Shown piece by piece: positions 33,292 through 41,974 of a stretch of 60,911 nucleotides of DNA (its first letter is position 1; each line of letters starts with the position of its first letter). Source of the DNA: Methanomassiliicoccales archaeon (GTDB lineage Archaea > Thermoplasmatota > Thermoplasmata > Methanomassiliicoccales > UBA472); assembly GCA_035404085.1 (NCBI GenBank), contig DAONGL010000003.1, positions 22,441 through 83,351 on the forward strand, written 5' to 3'. The notes under the pieces were generated by a model, which was not told the DNA's origin, made no database searches, and saw only the letters and a program-made list of their open reading frames with translations. A program made the position numbers and the translations under genes.

Positions 33292-33887
33292 ACGTACCGA
33301 ACGCGATACAAGTTGAATGCCCGGACTGCGGCGAGGAGACCCTGCACGAGGTGCTGAAAGGGAGATTAGGCAAGGACGGGAACACCTTGGAGGGCACCCT
33401 TCGCTGCCAGGACTGCGGCCGGGTGCACACCGCCGTGATCAGGGAGACCAGGACGGTGATGGTCCCGGTGATCATCAGTGATCAGGGCGAGTCCCGCAAG
33501 GCGCAGATCGAGATCCCCGAGGATGAAGTGATCCGCATAGAGGACGAGCTCATCCTGGATGACCTTCCGATAATCGTCAGCTCCGTGGAGAAGGGGGACG
33601 GCCGGGTCGTGAAGGCCTTGGCCAAGGACATCACCACCATCTGGGCCAAGCGCTTCGACCAGGTGCACGTAAAGATATCCATCAACGACGTGCACAAGAC
33701 CATACCGGCGGAGATCGTGGTCCTGCCAGAAGAGGAGTTCTTCATCGGGGACCTGATGACCGTCGGAAGGTACAACGTGGTCATAACCCAGATCAAGACC
33801 TCGGATGGCATGGCCCGCCGCGGTTCCGTACTGGCCAGGGACATTGTCCGGTTATATGCCAGGAAGGCCCGCATCACCTACGCGTGA
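33288..33887 (+). CDS. archaeal Zn-finger protein (COG1326 / HVO_0476-like)
   Basis: The N-terminal CPDCGEETLH...CQDCGRVH Zn ribbon is followed by a roughly 150-aa beta-rich domain. It has an ATGA overlap with the MBL gene. Confidence 0.6.
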   Translation: MNVPNAIQVECPDCGEETLHEVLKGRLGKDGNTLEGTLRCQDCGRVHTAVIRETRTVMVPVIISDQGESRKAQIEIPEDEVIRIEDELILDDLPIIVSSVEKGDGRVVKALAKDITTIWAKRFDQVHVKISINDVHKTIPAEIVVLPEEEFFIGDLMTVGRYNVVITQIKTSDGMARRGSVLARDIVRLYARKARITYA

Positions 33888-34537
33888 TGGGCATGGACGA
33901 ACGCCGGCAGATGGTGGCCGTTCTGCGCGGCCGCGGCCTAACCTTCTCTAAAAGGGTCGAGGAGGCGCTGCTGAGCGTCCCCCGCCACATCTTTTTACCG
34001 GAGAGCGCTCGAGCCCTCGCCTATCGTGACACCCCTCTGCCCATCGGCGACGGGCAGACCATATCGGCCCCGCACATGGTGGCCATCATGGCCGAGGCCC
34101 TGGAACTGCGCAAGGGGCAGACGGTCCTGGAGATCGGCGCCGGCTCCGGCTACAACGCCGCGGTGATGGCCGAACTGGTAGGTCCCCAGGGTAAAGTGAT
34201 TACCATTGAGCGGCATCCTTCCCTGGCGGAGAGGGCAGCCAAAACAATTCTGGAGGCGGGATACGCCAACGTCCAGGTGGTGGTCGGTGACGGTTCGTTA
34301 GGTCTCCCGGAGCAGGCGCCTTACGACCGCATCAGCGTCACCTGCGGGGCGCCCCGGGTGCCCCTGCCTCTATTGGACCAGCTTCGGGACGGCGGCATAA
34401 TGCTCATCCCGGTGGGTAACCTAGAATACCAGTCATTGCTAAGGGTCAGAAAACTAGGTGGCAGAACCATCGCCGAGGACCTCGGCTCGGTGGTGTTCGT
34501 CCCACTGATCGGTGAAAAGGGTCACCCGTCACAATAG
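33884..34537 (+). CDS. pcm: protein-L-isoaspartate O-methyltransferase
   Basis: GDGQTISAPHMVAIM, VLEIGAGSGYNAAVMAELVG and GGIMLIPVG are present. It overlaps the preceding gene by 4 nt. Confidence 0.92.
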   Translation: MMGMDERRQMVAVLRGRGLTFSKRVEEALLSVPRHIFLPESARALAYRDTPLPIGDGQTISAPHMVAIMAEALELRKGQTVLEIGAGSGYNAAVMAELVGPQGKVITIERHPSLAERAAKTILEAGYANVQVVVGDGSLGLPEQAPYDRISVTCGAPRVPLPLLDQLRDGGIMLIPVGNLEYQSLLRVRKLGGRTIAEDLGSVVFVPLIGEKGHPSQ

Positions 34538-35227
34538 GAAGGGCAGCACGGCGCTCAGGCTGGCGTCCCGGACCACGTGGTGGGCGCCCTGTATGACCTC
34601 TTCGTCAATGGGATTGAACGCGATGCCCAACGAGGCCGTCTGGAACATCGAGACGTCGATGGAGCTGTTGCCTATCGCGGCCGTTCTCTCCGGCGTAACG
34701 CCGAACATCTCCTGCGCCTCCCGCAGCGATCTGCGCTTGTTGCACAGTTCCACTCTAAGGACGCCCTCTCCGGTCAGGGTCCCATGCGCATCGGCCTCCA
34801 GTCCGTTGGACCACTGGGCGTCGAAACCGTGCTCCTTGGCTATCTTTTCAGCGATGAGGTCCAGCCCGCCGCTGATGATGACCACCTTGGTCCCTCGCTC
34901 CCGCAGGGCCTGAACGGTGGCTCCGATCCCCGGGTTTATGGGAAGCCGTAAAAGCTCCCTCTCCACGTCCTTCAGGTTCAGGCCGGGGCGGTGCTTGAGC
35001 CATAGGGCTATGTCCCGGCGCATGAACTCCATATCGTCGATGTCCCCGTCCATGAAGGAGATGACCGACTCCTCGTTGCTCACCCCGAACCGGTCGTGCA
35101 CCCAGGTCCAGGAGGAAAGATAATCGACCAACACGCCGTCCATATCGAAGGCCACCAGGTCGAACTTGCGCCCGTTCTCGCTCACGTTCCAAGCCAGGAG
35201 GCAATGATTATAAGAAAGTTGCTCCAA
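34529..35227 (-). CDS. HAD-superfamily phosphatase (phosphoserine phosphatase SerB-like)
   Basis: LVAFDMDGVL (motif I), ISGG, and AIGNSSIDVSM (motif III/IV) are present. The real start may be GTG 35185, because ATG 35227 lies only 10 nt from the divergent TraB start. Confidence 0.75.
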   Translation of the reverse strand: MEQLSYNHCLLAWNVSENGRKFDLVAFDMDGVLVDYLSSWTWVHDRFGVSNEESVISFMDGDIDDMEFMRRDIALWLKHRPGLNLKDVERELLRLPINPGIGATVQALRERGTKVVIISGGLDLIAEKIAKEHGFDAQWSNGLEADAHGTLTGEGVLRVELCNKRRSLREAQEMFGVTPERTAAIGNSSIDVSMFQTASLGIAFNPIDEEVIQGAHHVVRDASLSAVLPFLL

Positions 35228-35237
35228 TGACCAGCCG

Positions 35238-35939
35238 ATGATAGTGCTGGTCGGTGTCGCTCACGTTATCGACGTATCGAAGCCGATAGGTTCCCTGGTC
35301 GAGCATTACGCTCCGGGAGCGGTCGGCATAGAGCTGGACCCCGGCCGGTACCGGGCCTTGAAGGAAGGATCGCCGCGGGGCAAGGTCCCCATCCCCTACC
35401 GTCTGCTGGCGGTCATGCAAAGGCGCCTTGCCGATCAGTTCGGCGGGGAGGTCGGGGCGGAGATGCTGGCGGCCGTGGACGCCGCCAACGCCCGAGGGGC
35501 GCAGGTCCTGTTCATAGACATGGAGGCCGGCCGCCTATTCAATTCCTTGATCAGCCAGATGCCATTGAAGGAACGAGTGGCCTTGTTGCTGTCATCCTTC
35601 GGCGGACTGTTCATGACCCGCAAACGGGTGGAGAAGGAGCTGCAGGAGTTCCAGGACAACGAGGAACGGTACATGGAGACCCTGGGCAAGAGCTTTCCGA
35701 CCGTGAAGCGCGTTCTCATCGACGAAAGGAACGAGCACATGGCCCGGAACATCCTGAGGGCGGAGGGGCAGTACGGAAGTGTGCTGGCGGTGATCGGCGA
35801 CGGGCACGTGGAAGGCATTCGTCGCATATTATCGAGAGAGGACCTGGTGGCCTACCGCCTCAAGGACCTGAACGACCTGCGTCTAGAGCGGCCGGTCAGC
35901 AACGCCGAGGCATCCTTCTCCTTCACCATCGGGAACTGA
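35238..35939 (+). CDS. TraB/GumN family protein
   Basis: The N-terminus is MIVLVGVAHVIDVS, followed by DERNEHMARNI and VIGDGHVEGI. 233 aa. Confidence 0.75.
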   Translation: MIVLVGVAHVIDVSKPIGSLVEHYAPGAVGIELDPGRYRALKEGSPRGKVPIPYRLLAVMQRRLADQFGGEVGAEMLAAVDAANARGAQVLFIDMEAGRLFNSLISQMPLKERVALLLSSFGGLFMTRKRVEKELQEFQDNEERYMETLGKSFPTVKRVLIDERNEHMARNILRAEGQYGSVLAVIGDGHVEGIRRILSREDLVAYRLKDLNDLRLERPVSNAEASFSFTIGN

Positions 35940-35976
35940 GGGAAATCCTTTTTCTCCGGATGGCATATCCCACCCG

Positions 35977-36651
35977 ATGAAGGTAGTTCTTCTTTCCTAC
36001 ACCAACGATGCCGAGAGGCTTTGCGCCGCGGCCGCCCGCTCCTGCTATTCGCCGGACGCGGCGAGCGAGATACTGGAGGGCGTGGAGGAGGACAAGGCCG
36101 GAGCCTTCATCGACAAGGTGGTGGGCATGGGTCACCACTCGGTCATCGAGCATGCCTCTTACACCTTCTCATTGGAAGGCGTCTCCCGCTCCCTCACCCA
36201 CCAGCTGGTCCGGCATCGGATAGCGAGCTACTCGCAGCAGAGCCAGCGATACGTATCACTGCTGGAGCCGGACTACGTGACGCCGGAGACGATACGCGCC
36301 GATCCGAAACTGAACAAGATGTTCGAGGAGGCCATGGAGAAGGCCTGGGAAGCTTACCAGAAGCTGGCGACGGTGGTCCCGGTGGAGGACGCTCGGTACG
36401 TGTTGCCGAACGCCTGCACGACGAACATCGTGGTCACCATGAACGCCCGGGAGCTGTGGCACTTCTTCACCTTGCGCACGTGCCGCAGGGCGCAGCAGGA
36501 GATACGGACCGTCGCCGAGCTTATGCTCACTGAGGCTAGGAAAGCGTCACCGACCATCTTCCGGGATGCTGGTCCCGCCTGTCTCCGGGGAAAGTGTCCA
36601 GAAGGGAAGCTCAGCTGTGGCAAGCCGCGCACTGAGCTAAGATTTAAATAA
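35977..36651 (+). CDS. thyX: FAD-dependent thymidylate synthase
   Basis: HHSVIEHASYTF and the ThyX motif RHRIASYSQQSQRY are present. 224 aa. Confidence 0.93.
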   Translation: MKVVLLSYTNDAERLCAAAARSCYSPDAASEILEGVEEDKAGAFIDKVVGMGHHSVIEHASYTFSLEGVSRSLTHQLVRHRIASYSQQSQRYVSLLEPDYVTPETIRADPKLNKMFEEAMEKAWEAYQKLATVVPVEDARYVLPNACTTNIVVTMNARELWHFFTLRTCRRAQQEIRTVAELMLTEARKASPTIFRDAGPACLRGKCPEGKLSCGKPRTELRFK

Positions 36652-36689
36652 CTCCAATACTTTGGCCGCATTTACCTGGGAAGATTGCT

Positions 36690-36881
36690 ATGGGCAACAT
36701 CAGACCAACTTACATCAAGAGAGTGGCCGTGGAACTGGTCGAGAAGTACCCCCGCGCTTTCAGCGCCGACTTCGAGAACAACAAGATCCTGGTCCAGAGG
36801 CTCACCAACGTGAGCTCCATCATGATGAGGAACCGCATCGCCGGTTACGTCAGCCGCTACTGGCAGAACAAGGACTTCTGA
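36690..36881 (+). CDS. rps17e: 30S ribosomal protein S17e (eS17)
   Basis: MGNIRPTYIKRVAVELVEKYPRAFSADFENNK...RNRIAGYVSRY; 63 aa. Confidence 0.92.
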   Translation: MGNIRPTYIKRVAVELVEKYPRAFSADFENNKILVQRLTNVSSIMMRNRIAGYVSRYWQNKDF

Positions 36882-36889
36882 AACTCTTA

Positions 36890-36912
36890 GGTTCGCGCCT
36901 CTTGGCGCGACC
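36890..36912 (+). terminator. GC-rich hairpin after rps17e, followed by T-rich sequence
   Basis: GGT(T)CGCGCC-TCTT-GGCGCGACC forms a 9-bp stem with one bulged T, 9 nt after the stop. The sequence ...ccgctttttcg lies downstream. Confidence 0.45.
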
Positions 36913-37061
36913 GTCGTAAATTCTTCATCTTCTATCCGCTTGCCGCTTTTTCGATTCAACTATTGGCGAACACCACGCCTGGCAAAGGTATCGGTGATCC
37001 TTTGGGCCGGTCCGGGGAGTAACAACGCTTTAGTAATTGGAGCATATTCTCCACAAAATAG

Positions 37062-37135
37062 GCCCGGGTGGGGTAGCTTGGATATCCTAAGAGGCTGCGA
37101 ACCTCTAGACCCGGATTCGAATTCCGGCCCGGGCG
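37062..37135 (+). tRNA. tRNA-Arg (anticodon GCG)
   Basis: GCCCGGG-TG-GGGT..TCCT-A-AGAGG-CTGCGAA-CCTCT-AGAC-CCGGA-TTCGAAT-TCCGG-CCCGGGC-G. The cloverleaf was built by hand. No intron. Confidence 0.9.
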
Positions 37136-37144
37136 CTCTTCTAA

Positions 37145-39058
37145 CTACAGGTTCATACCGACGGTCTCCTTGATCTCCAGGTCCCCCGGCGGTATTATGC
37201 GGGATATCTCCTCCTCCGGCACGCCGAACGCCTTGGCCAGCATCGAGGCGGTCTTTCCTCTTGGCAATTTGCCGGGAACTATGACCACCATCTTCTCCGA
37301 GGAAATGCTCTCCCGAGGGGCGCAGGATATCTTCCGCGAGCCTTCCATCAGCACCTCGGCGATCACCATCTCCAATGGCAGATGGTGCTCGTAATTGCGC
37401 TTCCCGCGGATTATGAAGGCCCCGCGGGGGGCGAACTCTCCGGCTTCCGGAGTCTTGGAGACCTGGTCCGGCAATACCCAATACGCCGTTCCCTCGGCGG
37501 CTCCGGCGTTCCAGGCCTTAGAGTGGCAGAGGGCGAACTGACACACCTCTCGCAGTTCCTGCTCCGTGGCGTCCGCGCCGTCCTTAAGGACGATGGACGG
37601 AGCCCCGTGGAGGTCGGCGTGAGCGTAGCGTTCTCGGTCCCCCAGATGCTTCTTGACCACCTGGTCGTTGGACTTGGCGTCCCTCCCTCCCAGGACCAGG
37701 CGTCCATTGGAGGTGATGAACCACTTATACGTCTCGAACCAGAAGCGCTTGGTGGGCAGCATGCGCTCCTTGGCCTGCTGGGCGGCCTTGGCGCCCTTGA
37801 CCTCCCGTTTGGCGATGGCCGTCCTGGTCTCCTCCAAAGCTCCCTTGGCCCCGGCGGCCTTCTCCCGCATCTCCTTGGCCTGCGAATAAAGGCGGTTGGC
37901 GTTCTCGTCTATGGCCACGGTGTAATCGAGCGTGACCTTCTCCTCGCCCAGCTTCATGACGAAGCTCTTCCTCTGCGGTTCCACCGAGATCACCAGAGGA
38001 ACCTTCGCTCCCTGCTCCATGAGCTTCTCCCAGCTGGTGTTCTTCGATAGCCCGTTCATCCTTTCCAAGGTCTTGGAGACCTCGGCGTAGCTGGTGTACA
38101 GCATATCGCCATGGGACTGCAGCGTGGCCGCCTCCCTCTCCGTGGCCTCGATTCCCTTCAACTGCTGGTCCAGCTGCCTCTGCAGCCTCTCCAGCTCCGG
38201 GTCGACCTTGACCTCGTCCTCCTTCTTTTTTTCTAGGAACGCCGAGATGGCGGCCGATAGCGTGGGCATTTCTTGCCGTTCGTATCCCTCATTGACCATC
38301 AGGGGATAGGGGGTGGCGTCGATGGCCGCCTCTCCATCGGACACCAAACAGGCGAACTCCCTTTCCCGGAGGGCCTCGAAAAGACCAAGGGTGGCCGAAC
38401 GCAATGAGGCGATCTCCTCCTCGGTCATCCCGGAGGCCTTTCGGTCCTTGTCCAGACCGGTGCGCAGGCAGATCTCCTCCCCGTACTGTCCGCCCAGGTT
38501 CACCGAGGTCGCCATGGTTCGAACCAGGTCCGACTTGGAGGTGAGCACGGCGGTCTGGAACTCCTCGGCGGAAGCGGTCCGGGGATCGAACCGCGAGGGC
38601 GGATAGGCGTAATCGGCTCCGATGAGAACGTCCCGGTGCCTCCAGCGCTTCTGCTGCAGGGCATTGATGATCTTCCCGTCGTTCACCATTATAAGGTTGC
38701 CCTCGCCTATCAGCTCGAAGATGAGCTGATACGTCCCGTCACGATCGGCCAGACCGATGGTGACTATGCGATCGAACTCCCTCTGGGAGACGGACATTAT
38801 TCGGGTGTTGTAGAGCACCTTACGAAGGTGCACCGCGAATCCCGACGGCGTGTCGGGCGTCTCCGGGCGATCGGCCACGAAGTGCAGCCACTTGCCGTCC
38901 CTGAGCACCAGTTCCTTCTTGCCCTCGCCCTGCACGTTTATGCGTAGCAGCACGTTGCGGCCGTCCCATTGGAATATCTTGTCCAGGAAGCCTCCGACCA
39001 GCCCCTGCATCTCCGACGTTATGGCCGCCACGTCGAAGGCCGTCATCTCCTTCTTCAT
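37145..39058 (-). CDS. NFACT-family protein (FbpA/RqcH/Rqc2 homologue; NFACT-N plus DUF814/NFACT-R)
   Basis: The start is trimmed to ATG 39058 because the listed ORF runs on through tRNA-Thr. MKKEMTAFDVAAITSEMQGLVGGFLDKIFQ..., and near the C-terminus SNGRLVLGGRDAKSNDQVVKKHL...YAHADLHGAPSIVLK. Confidence 0.85.
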   Translation of the reverse strand: MKKEMTAFDVAAITSEMQGLVGGFLDKIFQWDGRNVLLRINVQGEGKKELVLRDGKWLHFVADRPETPDTPSGFAVHLRKVLYNTRIMSVSQREFDRIVTIGLADRDGTYQLIFELIGEGNLIMVNDGKIINALQQKRWRHRDVLIGADYAYPPSRFDPRTASAEEFQTAVLTSKSDLVRTMATSVNLGGQYGEEICLRTGLDKDRKASGMTEEEIASLRSATLGLFEALREREFACLVSDGEAAIDATPYPLMVNEGYERQEMPTLSAAISAFLEKKKEDEVKVDPELERLQRQLDQQLKGIEATEREAATLQSHGDMLYTSYAEVSKTLERMNGLSKNTSWEKLMEQGAKVPLVISVEPQRKSFVMKLGEEKVTLDYTVAIDENANRLYSQAKEMREKAAGAKGALEETRTAIAKREVKGAKAAQQAKERMLPTKRFWFETYKWFITSNGRLVLGGRDAKSNDQVVKKHLGDRERYAHADLHGAPSIVLKDGADATEQELREVCQFALCHSKAWNAGAAEGTAYWVLPDQVSKTPEAGEFAPRGAFIIRGKRNYEHHLPLEMVIAEVLMEGSRKISCAPRESISSEKMVVIVPGKLPRGKTASMLAKAFGVPEEEISRIIPPGDLEIKETVGMNL

Positions 39059-39090
39059 CACCACCTCTAGCGCCCCCTCAATCAAAAGGA

Positions 39091-39114
39091 TTTTGCCTAC
39101 TACCAGTAGCAAAA
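39091..39114. promoter_or_regulatory. near-perfect inverted repeat in the divergent NFACT / tRNA-Thr control region
   Basis: TTTTGC(C)TACT-ACC-AGTAGCAAAA is flanked by AAAAGG direct repeats. A TATA-like aaaggtttatgaa lies about 30 nt upstream of the tRNA. Confidence 0.3.
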
Positions 39115-39150
39115 GGTTTATGAACGACCACCGGTTTGTCGGTGGAGCAG

Positions 39151-39222
39151 GCCACTGTGGCTTAGAGGTATAGCGACGCCTTGGTAAGGCGTAGGTCGGG
39201 GGTTCAATTCCCTCCAGTGGCT
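39151..39222 (+). tRNA. tRNA-Thr (anticodon GGU), CCA encoded at 39223..39225
   Basis: GCCACTG-TG-GCTT..TAGC-G-ACGCC-TTGGTAA-GGCGT-AGGTC-GGGGG-TTCAATT-CCCTC-CAGTGGC-T-CCA. Confidence 0.9.
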
Positions 39223-39278
39223 CCATATCCTTCTCAACAAATATTGATGACCCAGCATTTCCACCGGCTAGGACATAG

Positions 39279-39617
39279 TGGAGAGGGGGACCCGGTCCAG
39301 AAAATGGTCATTGGCGGTTCTGGTACGTCCGGGTGACCGTCGGGGAGCAGGAGGCGCTGACCAACGTCAACGGCAGCTTCAGCCTGATACTTTCTCCGGG
39401 GGGCTACATCCTCAACATGAGCAGACACGGATACCTGGGCAAGATGGTAATGGTGCACTTGGAGCCCGGTGGCGACCTGGTCCTGGGGAATTCGGTCCTT
39501 TAGGAAGCTCCCGCAGATGAAATACTGGGCGGCGGAACCATGCTCTATGTGGTCATCGCCGTTCTGGTGTTGCTCGTTGCAGTGATCGCCTTGGTGATCC
39601 TGCGCCGCAGGAAGTAG
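39279..39617 (+). pseudogene. 3'-terminal remnant of a surface-protein gene (CarboxypepD_reg-like domain plus TM anchor) with an in-frame TAG
   Basis: One frame reads ...GHWRFWYVRVTVGEQEALTNVNGSFSLILSPGGYILNMSRHGYLGKMVMVHLEPGGDLVLGNSVL-TAG(39501)-EAPADEILGGGTMLYVVIAVLVLLVAVIALVILRRRK*. There is no signal peptide or plausible start upstream: another TAG lies at 39276, then the tRNA. Confidence 0.5.
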
Positions 39618-39618
39618 G

Positions 39619-40806
39619 TCACGCCATGCGGTAGTACACGAACCCGGACCACATCTTCGGCCAGAAGTAGGTGGACTTCTTGGGCATGCGTCGGTCCAGG
39701 CGGGCCAGTTCCCATATCATGTCCACCGAGGGCGACCTCAGCATGACCATCAGCCGATATCCTTCGGACATCTTGGCCAAAGCTTTCGCGGTGTCGTGCT
39801 CGTAGAACACCGTCGGCTCGTCCTTCCAGGCCTCTCCTTTCAGCACCCATTCCTGACACACATAGGAGTCCAGCTCCCACATCTCATCGGCCGGCAGGTC
39901 CCGGGGAGAGGCGACGTAGGCCTTCCCTTCGATCACCAGGCCCACGTCAGACGACGGTCGTCCCTCCAGGGCGGAGGCCAGTTCGGAAGGTTCAGAAACA
40001 TCGAACAGGTCGAAACGGCTTTTCACGAACTCCAGGAACGATTCCGCGGACGCAGGCAGCTCCTTCACCAAACGGTGCGTCGGGAAGACCAGGAGCCCAG
40101 GGTCGTTGGACGGCACCAGGGTGGCCAGCACGAACTGCTTCTTCGGGGAGTCTGGATTTTCTTGGGCGTAGCGGGAGGACGTTTCGTAGCGGTGGTGCCC
40201 GTCGGCGATCAGCACCGTCTTCCCCTTCAGCTCCGCCATTATGGATTCGACGGTCTCCGGGTCGCACACGCGGAACAGGCAGTGCCGCACGCCCTGGGGG
40301 TCGGTGAACTCCAGGACCATGGTCTCCCGGTCATCGATCCTGTCCTTCAGTTTGGCCGAAAGCTCATCGAATATGCCGAATATCGACTCGCAATGCGTCT
40401 CCGTGCCGCGTAAAAGGTTCAGGCGGTCCTCCTTGACCTTGGGAAAGGTCTCCTCGTGAGGCACGACCCCTTCCGCGTATCCTTTGGCGGCCAGCAACCC
40501 GATGATGCCGGTCCTCTGCCAACAATGCTCTCCCTCGCAGAACGTCTGCTTGTAGGTATAGAACGCATCGCGGCGGTCCTGGGCCAGAGCGCCATGCTCT
40601 ATCCAGGAGCGCAGCGCTTCGCCAGCCGAGGAATAGTTACCGTCGACCCCGCCCATGGTCACGTTGGTCACGTTATAGCGGTTCCCCTTGAGCCTGGCCA
40701 GTTCATCGGCGGAGATGACATCGTAAGGAGGGGACACACGCTCGATGATCCCCTCACCATTCTCGAGACGGGGGATGTAGGGACGGAACGGACGGAAATC
40801 GACCAT
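39619..40806 (-). CDS. DUF1015 domain-containing protein
   Basis: MVDFRPFRPYIP...ISPPYDVIS...LIADGHHRYETS is the typical DUF1015/COG4198 signature. 395 aa. Confidence 0.75.
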   Translation of the reverse strand: MVDFRPFRPYIPRLENGEGIIERVSPPYDVISADELARLKGNRYNVTNVTMGGVDGNYSSAGEALRSWIEHGALAQDRRDAFYTYKQTFCEGEHCWQRTGIIGLLAAKGYAEGVVPHEETFPKVKEDRLNLLRGTETHCESIFGIFDELSAKLKDRIDDRETMVLEFTDPQGVRHCLFRVCDPETVESIMAELKGKTVLIADGHHRYETSSRYAQENPDSPKKQFVLATLVPSNDPGLLVFPTHRLVKELPASAESFLEFVKSRFDLFDVSEPSELASALEGRPSSDVGLVIEGKAYVASPRDLPADEMWELDSYVCQEWVLKGEAWKDEPTVFYEHDTAKALAKMSEGYRLMVMLRSPSVDMIWELARLDRRMPKKSTYFWPKMWSGFVYYRMA

Positions 40807-40843
40807 GACCAGTCATCGCTCTATCCGATAATATCTTTTACAA

Positions 40844-41950
40844 TCACTTCAGCCGGACCAGCTCGTAATCCTTATTACCCAGGCCGATGCGTTGGGCGTG
40901 GTCCATCCCGGTCATCCAGTCCGTGGTCGGGTGCACCGACCTGAACTTATCGCCCTTCCTGCCCTTCACGTCCAGGACGCTCCCCTTCACCACCGAGGCC
41001 TCGTTCACCAGGGTGACGCAGGCCATGTCCAAGGCCACCGGGTCCTTGGACGCCGCGATGCCGATGTCCGGCACTATCGGAACATCATTGAAGGGCCAGC
41101 AGTCGCAGTTCGGCGAGACGTCGGTTATCAGGGAGATGTGGAAGGACGGTTTGCCGTTGACCACCGCGAAGGCGTACTCGGCGATCTTCTGGTTCACGAT
41201 CTCCGAGGAGCCCTCCCATTCCACCTCCGGCGCTCCGTAACGGCAAACGGCGATGCATTGACCGCAGCCCACGCACAGGCCGTCATCGATGACCGCCTTC
41301 TTCTTGCCGGTGAGCGTTATCGCCTTTTCCGGGCAGTTCTTCACGCACTGTCCACAACCCACGCATTTCTTGCTGTCCACCGTAGGATGGGAGGAGGCGT
41401 GCATCTCCATCTTGCCGCAGCGGCTGCCGCTTCCCATTCCCAGGTTCTTCAGCGCTCCCCCGAAGCCGGTGAGCTCATGACCTTTGAAATGGGTCAGGGA
41501 GATCACCACATCCGCGTCGGCGATGGCGCTGCCTATCTTGGCCGTGCGGCACAGCTCCTTGTCGATCACCACCTCCCGCTGCTCGTTCCCCCACAAGCCA
41601 TCAGCGATGATCACGTCGCAGCCCACGGCGATGCGGTTGAACCCGTTCTCCATCGCCGAGTTCAGATGGTCCACGGCGTTGGCCCTCTTTCCCAGGTACA
41701 AGGTGTTGCAGTCGGTCAGGAACGGCTTGCCGCCCTTCTCCTTGATCATCCTGACCAGTACCGCCGCGAAGTTCGGGCGTACGTAAGCGAGATTGCCCGG
41801 CTCGCCCATGTGCAGCTTCACCGCGACCAGTTTTCCGTCCAGGTCCATCTTGTCCAGGCCGGCCTTGCGCAGTAGCTTTTCCATCTTCTGCAGCAGGTTG
41901 CTGCCCTGACAGGTGTGCATGTCGGTGAAGTAGACCTTGGAGGAAGCCAT
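40844..41950 (-). CDS. DUF362 domain Fe-S protein (COG2768-like) with a 2x[4Fe-4S] ferredoxin insert
   Basis: KVYFTDM...VAVKLHMGEPGN...; CVGCGQCVKNCP and CVGCGQCIAVC are present. 368 aa. Confidence 0.75.
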   Translation of the reverse strand: MASSKVYFTDMHTCQGSNLLQKMEKLLRKAGLDKMDLDGKLVAVKLHMGEPGNLAYVRPNFAAVLVRMIKEKGGKPFLTDCNTLYLGKRANAVDHLNSAMENGFNRIAVGCDVIIADGLWGNEQREVVIDKELCRTAKIGSAIADADVVISLTHFKGHELTGFGGALKNLGMGSGSRCGKMEMHASSHPTVDSKKCVGCGQCVKNCPEKAITLTGKKKAVIDDGLCVGCGQCIAVCRYGAPEVEWEGSSEIVNQKIAEYAFAVVNGKPSFHISLITDVSPNCDCWPFNDVPIVPDIGIAASKDPVALDMACVTLVNEASVVKGSVLDVKGRKGDKFRSVHPTTDWMTGMDHAQRIGLGNKDYELVRLK

Positions 41951-41974
41951 GCCCCTGAATCAGCATGAACCGAT

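Noticed and set aside
35185-35238. Head-to-head starts of the HAD phosphatase and TraB genes only 10 nt apart
   Set aside because: This is probably an annotation artefact of taking the first ATG. GTG 35185 (MSENGRKFDLVAFDMDG) gives a normal HAD N-terminus and a 52-nt divergent spacer.
36913-37061. Possible C/D-box or other sRNA between rps17e and tRNA-Arg(GCG)
   Set aside because: No RUGAUGA/CUGA box pair or convincing structure was seen. The tract most simply holds the rps17e terminator and a TATA-like tttagtaatt for the tRNA.
39059-39226. N-terminal 56-aa extension of the NFACT ORF (MEPLEGIEPPTYALPRRRYTSKPQ...)
   Set aside because: It is the translation of the reverse strand of tRNA-Thr; GIEPPT is the T-arm. 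The start was moved to ATG 39058. The same logic applies to ORF 53219..53434, which overlaps tRNA-Arg(UCG).
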